Assembly (NCBI GenBank): GCA_964016885.1
Contig: OZ024741.1
Coordinates: forward strand, 344,472,001 to 344,536,000
Direction: 5' to 3'
DNA: 64,000 nt
Origin: Eledone cirrhosa
Taxonomy: Eukaryota
How positions within the stretch are numbered: position 1 is the first letter of the stretch; each line of letters begins with the position of its first letter. Both the position numbers and the translations under genes were made by a program. Shown one piece after another: positions 36,601-49,610 of this stretch. The notes beneath the pieces were generated by a model that searched no databases, had not been told where the DNA came from, and worked only from the letters and a program-made list of their open reading frames with translations.

Positions 36601-37425
36601 TGTAGTGGTGATGGTTGAGGCTGTAGTGGTGGTGGTTGCGGCTGTAGTGGTGGTGGTTGAGGCTGTAGTGGTGATTTTTGTGTAGTAGTGGTGGTGGTTG
36701 CGGCTGTAGTTGTGATTTTAGAGGCTTTAGTGGTGATGGTTGCGGCTGTAGTGGTGATGGTTGCGGCTGTAGTGGTGATGTTTGTGGTAGTAGTGGTGAT
36801 GGTTGCGGCTGTTGTCGTGATGGTTGAGGCTGTAGTGGTGATGGTTGCGGCTGTAGTGGTGATGTTTGTGGTAGTAGTGGTGATGGTTGCGGCTGTAGTG
36901 GTGATGGTTGTGACTGTAGTGGTGATGGTTGCGGCTGTAGTGGTGATGGTTGAGGCTGTAGTGGTGGTGGTTGCGGCTGTAGTGGTGATGGTTGAGGCTG
37001 TAGTGGTGACATTTGTGGTAGTAGTGGTGGTGGTGGTTGCGGCTGTAGTTGTGATGGTTGAGGCTTTAGTGGTGATGGTTGCGGCTGTAGTGGTGATGGT
37101 TGCGGCTGTAGTGGTGATGTTTGTGGTAGTAGTGGTGATGGTTGCGGCTGTAGTAGTGGTGGTGGTTGTTGTAGTAGTGGTGGTGGTTGTGGCTGTAGTG
37201 GTGGGGGTTGTGCGTGTGGCTGTAGTGGTTATGGTTGCGGCTGTAGTGGTGGTGGTGGTGGTGGTTGTGGTAGTAGTTGTGGTGGTTGTGGCTGTAGTGG
37301 TGGGGCTTGCGGCTTTAGTGGTGGTGGTTGTGGTAGTAGTGGTGCTGGTTGCGGCTGTAGTGGTGGTGGTTGTAGTAGTAGTGGTGGTAGTTGCGGCTGT
37401 AGTGGTGGGGTTTAATGCTTTTCAA
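30608..37425 (-). repeat. Codon-periodic Thr/Ala/Ile-rich repeat (21-bp TTTAATI-type unit); mucin-like exon or cryptic satellite
   Basis: Multi-kb Thr frame on the minus strand, broken by 1-bp deletions near 32830, 33805, 34320, 34582 and 36682; internal 974-bp duplication. Confidence 0.85.
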
Positions 37426-37658
37426 AAATAGAGCAAACAGCACGGACACTCTATCTCAAAATTATTTTTGAAAAGCATTTAGAAATGCGCAACCGGTAAA
37501 AACTTAAAAACTTAAAACCACAACTGAATACTAACCCATACAATCACTAATACTCTTTTATTCCTAATTAAACCATTTTTCAACTGTGAACAATTTGTCA
37601 GCATTTTCTATTCCGTTTACCAATATATAATAACTTGTGTGTTACACCTCTATTCTTT

Positions 37659-37758
<100 letters not shown>

Positions 37759-37993
37759 TATATATATATATATATATTGTTATACTTTGGGAGGGTCATG
37801 CCGCCAATAAAAACACATGCACCTGTTGGTTTTCACTTCAATTTATTATAAATTTCCAGCTGGCTGGTTGGTTGGTTCGATAAACGGAAGGTTGTTTATG
37901 TATTGCCAAATCTCTTTTGTCATACATTCTGTATAACAATGTTTCAACAAATGTTTTCAGATAAGAAATCTTGCAAAACAAATTCAAAAATGA

Positions 37994-38072
<79 letters not shown>

Positions 38073-38079
38073 ACACACA

Positions 38080-38495
38080 CAAAGTGTTAAAAGGACCAAA
38101 TTTTAGTTTAGAACATTTATTAGCTGACAATTGTTTCTTCCAGAGGGAAGTCTGGAATCATCGGAGCATAAGGAATGTCGAAAACGTGTAACTAGAATCC
38201 TAGTCACTTAGAACATGTAGGGCACATAATTGTTATTAGTGTCAAAGGCATCATGTAGAGATTCAGGAGTTAAAAAGATGTTCCGCATGATATAACACAA
38301 TTACCGGCAGCACTGGTTGGAAGTGTAATAGGTATAAGTAAAAGTAAAAAGCACAAGCAAAGAAATCACAAGTAAAGAAAAGAACACAAGCAAAAAAACA
38401 CAGGGAAAGAAGTTATAAGCAGACTTCCTTCTGGAAGAAACAATTGTCAGCTAATAAATGTTCTAAACTAAAATTTGATCGTTTTAATACTTTGT
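38080..38495. mobile_element. Element with ~73-bp inverted arms; Penelope inverted pseudo-LTR-like
   Basis: 38080-38154 is the reverse complement of 38420-38493; the arms carry the hammerhead and AATAAA. Confidence 0.7.
38122..38167 (-). ncRNA. Minimal type I hammerhead with one core substitution
   Basis: gct-CCGATGA-ttccaga-cttccc-tctggaa-GAAAC-AATT-GTC-agc-t-AATAAA. Confidence 0.75.
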
Positions 38496-38607
38496 ATCTC
38501 GGCTCTGTAAAACACTTGAAAATTTGCATTGAGCCTTTTGTCATACCGGTAACTGGCTAGTACTTAGTACTACCCTACATATTTATAGTTATATCAAACA
38601 TATATAG

Positions 38608-38696
<89 letters not shown>

Positions 38697-38804
38697 ATGT
38701 ATACATACAACAACTTTTCACTCCTTCCTTTTCCCATCCTATATATATTGTCACAGACAGACAAAGGGAGAAACAGATTCTCTTAGAAATGGGATATTTT
38801 TTCA

Positions 38805-38928
38805 TATATGTGTAATAGCATTATATATACATATGTGTAATATCATTATATATACATATATGTAATATCATTATATATACATATATGTGTAATATCATTA
38901 TATATACATGTGTAATATCATTATATAT
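38805..38928. repeat. AT-rich minisatellite (~25-27 bp, ~5 copies)
   Basis: tgtgtaatatcattatatataca repeated. Confidence 0.85.
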
Positions 38929-38933
38929 AACAA

Positions 38934-39112
38934 TAATTGTTTCTACTTTTGGCACAAGACCAGCAATTACCTAGTACATTACTAGTACTTATTTTATCGA
39001 CCCCGTAAGGATGAAAGGCAAAGTTAACCTCGGCGGATTTGAACTCAGACTGTAAAGGGACGTAACTATGCTAGAAAGCATGGCGTCCGACCCTCTACCG
39101 ATACTGCCAATT
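38934..39112 (-). mobile_element. SINE family A
   Basis: Full core and head in reverse orientation. Confidence 0.85.
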
Positions 39113-39380
39113 CATCTAACAATAATGTATACAAATCAGGCTGTGGTACGTGTGTTGGCTGAAAAGGTCATAGGCTGACTACCAAGTAATGATGGTAGAG
39201 CTGTGAAATCTTGCATGTATTCAGTTCAACTCTCCATATCAATAACTGCATTGTTCCTTTCCAGAGACTATGTTGAAAAATAAACCTCATTTGGTCATTC
39301 CATGAGAGAATCTTGGTCAGCATATGAACTTGTCAGCTTTAGAATTACACAAAATAACTTCGCTCAAAAGGAATGGAACC

Positions 39381-40915
39381 GTTGTGGTGATTGTTGTTGT
39401 GTTGATAGTTATGTATTGGTTGTTGTGGTAATTGATGTGTTGGTAGTTGTAGTGCTTGTTGTTGTGGTGGTAGCTGTTTGTTGTTGTTGTGATGGCTGTT
39501 GTGCTTGTTGTGATGGCTGTTGTTGGGATAGTTGTGGTGGTGGTAGTTGTTGTTTGTTGTTGTTGTGATGGCTGTTGTTGGGATAGTTGTTGTTGTGGTG
39601 GTAGTTGTTCTTTGTTGTTGTGATGGCTGTTGTGCTTGTTGTTGTGATGGTTGTTGTTGGGATAGTTGTTGGTGTGGTGGTAGTTGTTCTTTGTTGTTGT
39701 TGTGATGGCTGTTGTGCTTGTTGTTGTTGTGGTGGTTGTTGTTGTTGGGATAGTTGTTGTGGTGGTAGTTGTTGTTTGTTGTTGTGATGGCTGTTGTGGT
39801 GGTAGTTGTTGTTTGTTGTTGTGATGGGTGTTGTGCTTGTTGTTGTGATGGCTGTTGTGCTTGTTGTTATGATGGCTGTTGTTGGGATAGTTGTTGTGGT
39901 GGTGGTAGTTGTTTGTCGTGATGGTTGTTGTTGGGATAGTTGTTGTGGTGGTAGTTGTTGTTTGTTGTTGTGATGGCTGTTGTGGTGGTAGTTGTTGTGA
40001 TGGCTGTTGTGCTTGTTGTTGTGATGGTTGTTGATGGGATAGTTGTTGTTGTGGTGGTAGTTGTTCTTTGTTGTTGTTGTGATGGCTGTTGTGCTTGTTG
40101 TTATGATGGCTGTTGTTGGGATAGTTGTTGTGGTGGTGGTAGTTGTTTGTTGTGATGGTTGTTGTTGGGATAGTTGTTGTTGTGGTGGTAGTTGTTCTTT
40201 GTTGTTGATGGTCGTTGTGCTTTGTTGTTGTGATGGTTGTTGTTGGGATAGTTGTTGTGGTGGTAGTTGTTGTTTGTTGTTGTGATGGCTGTTGTTGGGA
40301 TAGTTGTTGTGGTGGTGGTAGTTGTTCTTTGTTGTTGTTGTGATGGCTGTTGCGCTTGTTGTTGTTGTGATGGTTTTTGTTGGGATAGTTGTTGTTGTGG
40401 TGGTGGTAGTTGTTCTTTGTTTTTGTTGTGATGGCTGTTGTGCTTGTTGTTGTTGTGATGTCTGTTGTTGGGATAGTTGTTGTTGTGGTTGTGGTAGTTG
40501 TTCTTTGTTTTTGTTGTGATGGCTGTTGTGGTTGTTGTTGTTGTGATGGCTGTTGTTGGGATAGTTGTTGTGGTGGTAGTTGTTCTGCTTGTTGTTATGA
40601 TAGCTGTTGTTGTGGTTGTAGTTGTGGTGGTGGTAGTTGAGGTGGCGGTGGTGGCTGTTGTGGTGATGATGTTTGATGTGATAGTAACAGTGATGGTTGT
40701 GGTGGTGTTTATGGTTTGTCATCATGATAGTAGTGGTTGTTGTTGTGTTGATTGTAGTGGTGGTGCTGGTACTAGTTGCGATAATGATGTTAGTGTTGGC
40801 AGTGGTATTTATGGTTTTGACTACCTGTTGTGGTGGCAGTTGTTGTGTTGGTTATTGTTGTTGTGCTGGTGGTAGTAGAAGTGTTTATGGTAGGGGTTGC
40901 TGTAGAGGTATTTTA
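39381..40915. repeat. (GTT)-rich cryptic repeat with gggatagtt subunit; reading frame not maintained
   Basis: Minus-strand translation alternates among Thr, Gln and Asn/His frames. Confidence 0.85.
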
Positions 40916-40919
40916 TTTT

Positions 40920-43450
40920 TGTGGTAGTTGCAGCAATGGTGATTGTGCTGCTGGCAATTGAGGTGGTGGTGGTGCTAGTTCTGCTGATTGTGGTAGTGTT
41001 AGAGGAGGTTGAGGTGGTTGTTGTGGTGGTGGTAGTGTTTGTGATTGTGCTGTTTTTGGCAATTCATGTGGTGGTGGTGGTGGTGGTGGTGTTAGTTCTG
41101 CTGATAGTGGTGGTGGTGTTGGTAGTAGTTGAGGTGGTTGTTGTGGTGGTGGTGGTAGTGTTTGTGGTTATGCTGTTGTTGGCAGTTGAGGTTGTGGTGG
41201 TGTTAGTTCTGCTGATGGTGGTAGTGTTGTTGCTAGTAGTTGAGGTGGTTGTTGTGGTGGTGGTAGTGTTGGTAGCAGTTGAGGTGGTTGTTGTGGTGGT
41301 AGTAGTGTTTGTGGTTGTACTGTTGTTAGCAGTTAAGGTGGTGGTGGTGGTGGTACTTCTGCTGAAGGTGGTGTTGGTAGCACTTGAAGTGGTTGTTGTG
41401 GTGGTAGTAGTGTTTGTGGTTGTACTGTTGTTAGCAGTTGAGGTGGTGGTGGTGGTACTTCTGCTGAAGGTGGTGATGGTGTTGGTAGCAGTTGAAGTGG
41501 TTGTTGTGGTGGTAGTAGCGTTTGTGGTTGTACTGTTGTTAGCAGTTGAGGTGGTGGTGGTGGTACTTCTGCTGAAGGTGGTGGTGGTGTTGGTAGCACT
41601 TGAAGTGGTTGTTGTGGTGGTAGTAGTGTTTGTGGTTGTACTGTTGTTAGCAGTTGAGGTGGTGGTGGTGGTACTTCTGCTGAAGGTGGTGATGGTGTTG
41701 GTAGCAGTTGAAGTGGTTGTTGTGGTGGTAGTAGCGTTTGTGGTTGTACTGTTGTTAGCAGTTCTGGTGGTGGTGGTGGTACTTCTGCTGAAGGTGGTGG
41801 TGGTGTTGGTAGCATTTGAAGTGGTTGTTGTGGTGGTAGTAGTGTTTGTGGTTGTACTGTTGTTAGCAGTTGAGGTGGTGGTGGTGGTACTTCTGCTGAA
41901 GGTGGTGGTGGTGTTGGTAGCAGTTGAAGTGGTTGTTGTGGTGGTAGTAGTGTTTGTGGTTGTACTGTTGTAAGCAGTGGTGGTGGTGGTGCTAGTTCTG
42001 CTGAATGTGGTGGTGGTGGTGGTAGCAGTTGAAGTGGTTGTTGTGGTGGTGGTAGTAGTGTTTGTGGTTGTACTGTTGTTAGCAGTTGAGGTGATGGTGG
42101 TGGTACTTCTGCTAAAGGTGGTGGTGGTGTTGGTAGCAGTTGAAGTGGTTGTTATGGTGGTAGTAGTGTTTGTGGTTGTACTGTTGTTAGCAGTTGAGGT
42201 GGTGGTGGTGGTACTTCTGCTGAAGGTGGTGATGGTGTTGGTAGCAGTTGAAGTGGTTGTTATGGTGGTAGTAGTGTTTGTGGTTGTACTGTTGTTAGCA
42301 GTTGAGGTGGTGCTGGTGGTACTTCTGCTAAAGGTGGTGGTGGTGTTGGTAGCAGTTGAAGTGGTTGTTGTGGTGGTAGTAGTGTTTGTGGTTGTACTGT
42401 TGTTAGCAGTTGAGGTGGTGGTGGTGGTACTTCTGCTGAATGTGGTGGTGGTGTTGGTAGCAGTTGAAGTGGTTGTTATGGTGGTAGTAGTGTTTGTGGT
42501 TGTACTGTTGTTAGCAGTTGAGGTGATGGTGGTGGTACTTCTGCTAAAGGTGGTGGTGGTGTTGGTAGCAGTTGAAGTGGTTGTTATGGTGGTAGTAGTG
42601 TTTGTGGTTGTACTGTTGTTAGCAGTTGAGGTGATGGTGGTGGTACTTCTGCTGAAGGTGGTGGTGGTGTTGGTAGCAGTTGAAGTGGTTGTTATGGTGG
42701 TAGTAGTGTTTGTGGTTGTACTGTTGTTAGCAGTTGAGGTGGTGGTGGTGGTACTTCTGCTGAAGGTGGTGATGGTGTTGGTAGCAGTTGAAGTGGTTGT
42801 TGTGGTGGTAGTAGTGTTTGTGGTTGTACTGTTGTTAGCAGTTGAGGTGGTGGTGGTGGTACTTCTGCTAAAGGTGGTGGTGGTGTTGGTAGCAGTTGAA
42901 GTGGTTGTTGTGGTGGTAGTAGTGTTTGTGGTTGTACTGTTGTTAGCAGTTGAGGTGGTGGTGGTGGTACTTCTGCTAAAGGTGGTGGTGGTGTTGGTAG
43001 CAGTTGAAGTGGTTGTTGTGGTGGTAGTAGTGTTTGTGGTTGTACTGTTGTTAGCAGTTGAGGTGGTGGTGGTGGTACTTCTGCTGAATGTGGTGGTGGT
43101 GTTGGTAGCATTTGAAGTGGTTGTTGTGGTGGTAGTAGTGTTTGTGGTTGTACTGTTGTTAGCAGTTGAGGTGGTGGTGGTGGTACTTCTGCTGAAGGTG
43201 GTGGTGGTGTTGGTAGCAGTTGAAGTGGTTGTTGTGGTGGTGGTAGTAGTGTTTGTGGTTGTACTGTTGTTGGCAGTTGAGGTGGTGGTGGTGCTAGTTC
43301 TGCTGATGGTGGTAGTTGTTGTGGTGGTGGTAGTAGTTTGTGGTTCTGTTGTTGTTGACAGTTGAGGTGGTGGTGGTGCAAGGTCTGCTGAAGGTGGTAG
43401 TGTTAGAGGCAGTTGAGGTGGTTGTTGTGGTGGTGGTGGTAGTGTTTGTG
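40920..43450 (-). repeat. 108-bp minisatellite (~20 copies) reading [36 protein letters not shown]
   Basis: Period of 108 bp (e.g. 41821 to 41929); length variants in multiples of 3. Confidence 0.9.
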
Positions 43451-46400
43451 GTTGCGGTGGTTGTTGTGGTGATGGTGGTAGTGTTGGCTGTAGTGGTGGT
43501 TGTTGTCGTGTTGGTGGTAGTGTTGGTTTTTGTGGTGATGGCGGTAGTGTTGGTTGTTGTGGTGATGGTGGTAGTGTTGGTTGTTGTGGTGATGGTGGTA
43601 GTGTTGGTTGTTGTGGTGATGGTGGTAGTGTTGGTTGTTGTGGTGAAGGTGATAGTGTTGGCTGTTGTGGTGGTTGTTGTGGTGATAGTGGTAGCGTTGG
43701 CTGTTGTGGTGATTGTTGTGGTGATGGTGATAGTCTGCTGTTGTGGTGATTGTTGTGGTGATGGTGGTAGTGTTGGCTGTTGTGGTGATTGTTGTGGTGA
43801 TGGTGGTAGTGTTGGCTGTTGTGGTGATTGTTGTGGTGATGGTGGTAGTGTTGGCTGTTGTGGTGGTTGTTGTGGTGATGGTGGTAGTGTTGGCTGTTAT
43901 AGTGGTAGTGTTGGCTGTTGTGGTGATGGTAGTAGTGGTGGCTGTTGTGGTGATTGTTGTGGTGATGGTGGTATTGTTGGCTGTTATAGTGGTAGTGTTG
44001 GCTGTTGTGGTGATGGTAGTAGTGGTGGCTGTTGTGGTGGTTGTTGTGGTGATGGAGGTAGTGTTGGCTGTAGTGCTGCTTGTTGTGTTGGCTGTTGTGG
44101 TGGTTGTTGTGGTGATGGTGGTAGTGTTGGCTGTTGTGGTGGTTGTTGTGGTGATGGTGGTAGTGTTGGCTGTTATAGTGGTAGTGTTGGCTGTTGTGGT
44201 GATGGTAGTAGTGGTGGCTGTTGTGGTGATTGTTGTGGTGATGGTGGTAGTGTTGGCTGTAATGGTGGCTGTTGTGGTGATGGTGGTAGTGTTGGCTGTT
44301 GTGGTGATGGTGGTAGTATTGGCTGTTGTCGTGATTGTTGTGGTGATGGTGGTAGTGTTGGCTGTTGTGGTGATTGTTGTGGTGATGGTGGTAGTGTTAG
44401 CTGTTGTGGTGATTGTTGTGGTGATGGTGGTAGTGTTGGCTGTTGTGGTGATGGTAGTAGTGGTGGCTGTTGTGGTGGTTGTTGTAGTGATGGTGGTACT
44501 GTTGGCTGTTGTGGTGATGGTGGTAGTGTTGGCTGTCGTTGTGATGGTGGTAGTGTTGGCTGTTGTGGTGATGGTGGTAGTGTTGGCTGTTGTTGTGATG
44601 GTGGTAGTGTTGGCTGTTGTGGTGATGGTGGCAGTGTTGGCTGTTGTGGTGATGGTAGTAGTGTTGTCTGTAGTGATGATTGTTGTGGTGATGGTGGTAG
44701 TGTTGGCTGTTGTGGTGATGGTGGTAGTGTTGGCTGTTGTGGTGATGGTGGTAGTGTTGGCTGTAATGGTGGCTGTTGTGGTGATGGTGGTAGTGTTGGC
44801 TGTTGTGGTGATGGTGGTAGTATTGGCTGTTGTCGTGGTTGTTGTGGTGATGATAGTAGTGTTGGCTGTTGTGGTGATGGTGATAGTGTTGGTTGTTGTG
44901 GTGTTTGTTGTGGTGATGGTGGTAGTATTGGCTGTTGTGGGGGTTGTTGTGATGATGGTGGTGGTGTTGGTTTTTGTGGTGCTTGTTGTGGTGATGGTGA
45001 TGGTGGTAGTGTTGGCTGTTGTGGTTATTGTTGTGGTGATGGTGGTAGTTTGTCTGTAGTGGTGGTCGTTGTGGTGATGGTGGTAGTGTTGGCTGTTGTG
45101 GTGATTGTTGTGGTGATGGTGGTAGTGTTGGCTGTTGTGGTGGTTGTTGTGGTGATGGTGGTAGTGTTGGCTATTATAGTGGTAGTGTTGGCTGTTGTGG
45201 TGATGGTAGTAGTGGTGGCTGTTGTGGTGGTTGTTGTGGTGATGGAGGTAGTGTTGGCTGTAGTGCTGCTTGTTGTGTTGGCTGTTGTGGTGGTTGTTGT
45301 GGTGATGGTGGTAGTGTTGGCTGTAGTGGTGGTTGTTGTGGTGATGGTGGTAGTGTTGGCTGCTGTGGTGATGATAGTAGTGTTGGCTGTAGTGGTGCTT
45401 GTTGTGGTGAATGTAGTAGTGTTGGCTGTTGTGGTGGTTGTTGTGGTGATGGTGGTAGTTTTGGCTGTAGTGCTGCTTGTTTTGTTGGCTGTTGTGTTGG
45501 TTGTTGTGGTGATGGTGGTAGTGTTGGCTTTAGTGGTGGTTGTTGTGGTGATGGTGGTAGTATTGGCTGTTGTCGTGGTTGTTGTGGTGATGATAGTAGT
45601 GTTGGCTGTTGTGGTGATGGTGATAGTGTTGGTTGTTGTGGTGTTTGTTGTGGTGATGGTGGTAGTATTGGCTGTTGTGGGGGTTGTTGTGATGATGGTG
45701 GTGGTGTTGGTTTTTGTGGTGCTTGTTGTGGTGATGGTGATGGTGGTAGTGTTGGCTGTTGTGGTTATTGTTGTGGTGATGGTGGTAGTTTGTCTGTAGT
45801 GGTGGTCGTTGTGGTGATGGTGGTAGTGTTGGCTGTTGTGGTGATTGTTGTGGTGATGGTGGTAGTGTTGGCTGTTGTGGTGGTTGTTGTGGTGATGGTG
45901 GTAGTGTTGGCTGTTATAGTGGTAGTGTTGGCTGTTGTGGTGATGGTAGTAGTGGTGGCTGTTGTGGTGGTTGTTGTGGTGATGGAGGTAGTGTTGGCTG
46001 TAGTGCTGCTTGTTGTGTTGGCTGTTGTGGTGGTTGTTGTGGTGATGGTGGTAGTGTTGGCTGTAGTGGTGGTTGTTGTGGTGATGGTGGTAGTGTTGGC
46101 TGCTGTGGTGATGATAGTAGTGTTGGCTGTAGTGGTGCTTGTTGTGGTGAATGTAGTAGTGTTGGCTGTTGTGGTGGTTGTTGTGGTGATGGTGGTAGTT
46201 TTGGCTGTAGTGCTGCTTGTTTTGTTGGCTGTTGTGTTGGTTGTTGTGGTGATGGTGGTAGTGTTGGCTTTAGTGGTGGTTATTGTGGTGATGGTAGTAG
46301 TGTTGGCTGTTGTGGTGGTTGTTGTGGTGATGGTGGTAGTTTTGGCTGTAGTGTTGCTTGTTGTGTTGGCTGTTGTGGTGGTTGTTGTGGTGATGGTAGT

Positions 46401-48215
46401 AGTGTTGGCTGTTGTGGTGGTTGTTGTGGTGATGGTAGTAGTGTTGGCTGTTGTGGTTGTTGTTGTGGTGATGGTGGTAGTTTTGGCTGTAGTGCTGCTT
46501 GTTGTGTTGGCTGTAGTGGTGCTTGTTGTGGTGATGGTAGTAGTGTTGGCTGTTGTGGTGGTTGTTGTGGTGATGGTAGTAGTGTTGGCTGTTGTGGTGG
46601 TTGTTGTGGTGATGGTGGTGGTTTTGACTGTAGTGGTGGTTGTTGTGGTGATGGTAGTAGTGTTGGCTGTTGTGGTGGTTGTTGTGGTGATGGTGGTGGT
46701 TTTGGCTGTAGTGGTGGTTGTTGTGGTGATGGTAGTAGTGTTGGCTGTTGTGGTGATGGTAGTAGTGTTGGCTGTTGTGGTGGTTGTTGTGGTGATGGTA
46801 GTAGTGTTGGCTGTTGTGGTGGTTGTTGTGGTGATGGTGGTAGTGTTGGCTGTTGTGGTGGTTGTTGTGGTGATGGTAGTTGTGTTGGCTGTTGTGGTGG
46901 TTGTTGTGGTGATGGTGGTAGTGTTGGCTTTAGTGGTGGTTGTTGTGGTGATGGTGGTGGTTTTGGCTGTAGTGGTGGTTGTTGTGGTGATGGTAGTAGT
47001 GTTGGCTGTTGTGGTGGTTGTTATGGTGGTGGTTTTGGCTGTAGTGGTGGTTGTTGTGGTGATGGTAGTAGTGTTGGCTGTTGTGGTGATGGTAGTAGTG
47101 TTGGCTGTTGTGGTGTATGTTGTGGTGATGGTAGTAGTGTTGGCTGTTGTTGTGGTTGTTGTGGTGATGGTGGTAGTGTTGGCTTTAGTGGTGGTTGTTG
47201 TGGTGATGGTAGTAGTGTTGGCTGTTGTGTTGGTTGTTGTGGTGATGGTGGTAGTGTTGGCTGTTGTGGTGGTTGTTGTGGTGATGGTGGTAGTGTTGGC
47301 TTTAGTGGTGGTTATTATGGTGATGGTAGTAGTGTTGGCTGTTGTGGTGGTTGTTGTGATGATGGTAGTAGTGTTGGCTGTTGTGGAGGTTGTTGTGGTG
47401 ATGGTGGTAGTGTTGGCTGTTGTGGTGGTTGTTGTGGTGATGGTAGTAGTGTTGGCTGTTGTGGTGGTTGTTGTGGTGATGGTGGTAGTGTTGGCTTTAG
47501 TGGTGGTTGTTGTGGTGATGGTAGTAGTGTTGGCTGTTGTGTTGGTTGTTGTGGTGATGGTAGTAGTGTTGGCTGTTGTGTTGGTTGTTGTGGTGATGGT
47601 AGTAGTGTTGGCTTTAGTAGTGGTTGTTGTGGTGATGGTGGTAGTGTTGGCTGTTGTGTTGGTTGTTGTGGTGATGGTAGTAGTGTTGGCTTTAGTGGTG
47701 GTTGTTGTGGTGATGGTAGTAGTGTTGGCTGTTGTGTTGGTTGTTGTGGTGATGGTAGTAGTGTTGGCTGTTGTGTTGGTTGTTGTGGTGATGGTAGTAG
47801 TGTTGGCTGTTGTGTTGGTTGTTGTGGTGATGGTAGTAGTGTTGGCTTTAGTGGTGGTTGTTCTGGTGATGGTAGTAGTGTTGGCTGTTGTGTTGGTTGT
47901 TGTGGTGATGGTAGTAGTGTTGGCTGTTGTGTTGGTTGTTGTGGTGATGGTAGTAGTGTTGGCTGTTGTGTTGGTTGTTGTGGTGATGGTAGTAGTGTTG
48001 GCTGTTGTGTTGGTTGTTGTGGTGATGGTAGTAGTTTTGGCTGTTGTGTTGGTTGTTGTGGTGATGGTAGTAGTTTTGGCTGTAGTGCTGCTTGTTGTGT
48101 TGGCTGTAGTGGTGTTTGTTGTGGTGATGATAGTAGTGTTGGCTTTAGTGGTAGTGACGGTTGTTCTGTTGATTGTTGTGATGGTGGTTGTGTCGGGGTT
48201 ACTTATTGTTCGTTG
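43450..48215 (-). repeat. Thr-rich [12 protein letters not shown]-type repeat (36-bp and 24-bp units); mucin-like
   Basis: gtagtgttggctgttgtggtg unit; 740-bp internal duplication carrying the same 1-bp deletion near 45050 and 45790. Confidence 0.85.
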
Positions 48216-48950
48216 TATTAGGGATTAGTTACAAAGTTTGTTAAAACTGTTATAATGATTATTGATAGTAGCAGTAGTGGTGGTGGTGGTGGTGGTGGTA
48301 GTGGTGGTGATGATGATGATGATGATGATGGTGGCGGTCATTGTCGTCGTCGTGGTATTGTTACATGTTCGGCTGCTGCTGATGACGATGATGATAATGC
48401 TGTTGGTGTCATTGTGTTGCTAATCGTGGGCCTGGTGGCGGCTTTTGTTTGCCAGTCAAAAGCACTGGGGTTTACCCCGCTATGTATGAGTACATATATT
48501 GAATTTAAAGTGTCAACTTGGGCTTTGTTACATACACCTTGGAGTATACACATATAAACATCATATATATATATAATTATTTATTAAGTCATAAACACTC
48601 ATATGCATGCATACAAATATAGTATTATATATATGTCTATGTTACATGATGTACACTAACATGCATATATATAGGGAAAAAAGCAAACAAACGGAACAAT
48701 ATTATATTTATATTTATTTATAAGTATTTAATTTTTTAATATATATTTATTTCTATTTATAACACTATTTATTGATTGATTTATTTATTTACCTACCTAT
48801 TTATATTAATATTATTCAATTAATATCGGAGGAAAAGGACGAAAGAAAGAAACAAGAAAAGGCCACTGAAAAGTTTTCTGCAAACATTTAAAAGTTATAA
48901 AACACACGCACACGCACAAGCACGCACGTACACAAATACATACGTACGTC

Positions 48951-49029
<79 letters not shown>

Positions 49030-49515
49030 ATACATATATTCATACAAGGAGCTGATGCGGCTATGTCATTGTTGTTGATGAAATATCAAGCTTCACAATC
49101 AACACGCAGTGTGTTTTAAGGATTAAAGGAGAGTTAACAAGCGATATATATGCAGGTAAGTACATAATATTTGCATGCTATTGTCATTGTCTCCGGTATC
49201 TATCCATCTATATATCTATTTATTTATCTATCTATCTCTATATATAAGTATACCACAAGTTTATTGAGAAACAATCGATATATATGTTATATGTATTAAT
49301 CTCAAATTTTGTATATATACACATATTTTTCAATTAAGCATATATAAACTTTTGTATGTATGCATGTATATATGTTATATGTGTGTGTTTGTATAGCGTA
49401 CTTGGATATTGTAAACTGAAAACTTTTATAAAATACATTATATATATTTATATATATATGCGAACCATATATATAAATATATATAATGTATTACTTTTAT
49501 AAAAGTTTTCAGTTT

Positions 49516-49606
<91 letters not shown>

Positions 49607-49610
<4 letters not shown>

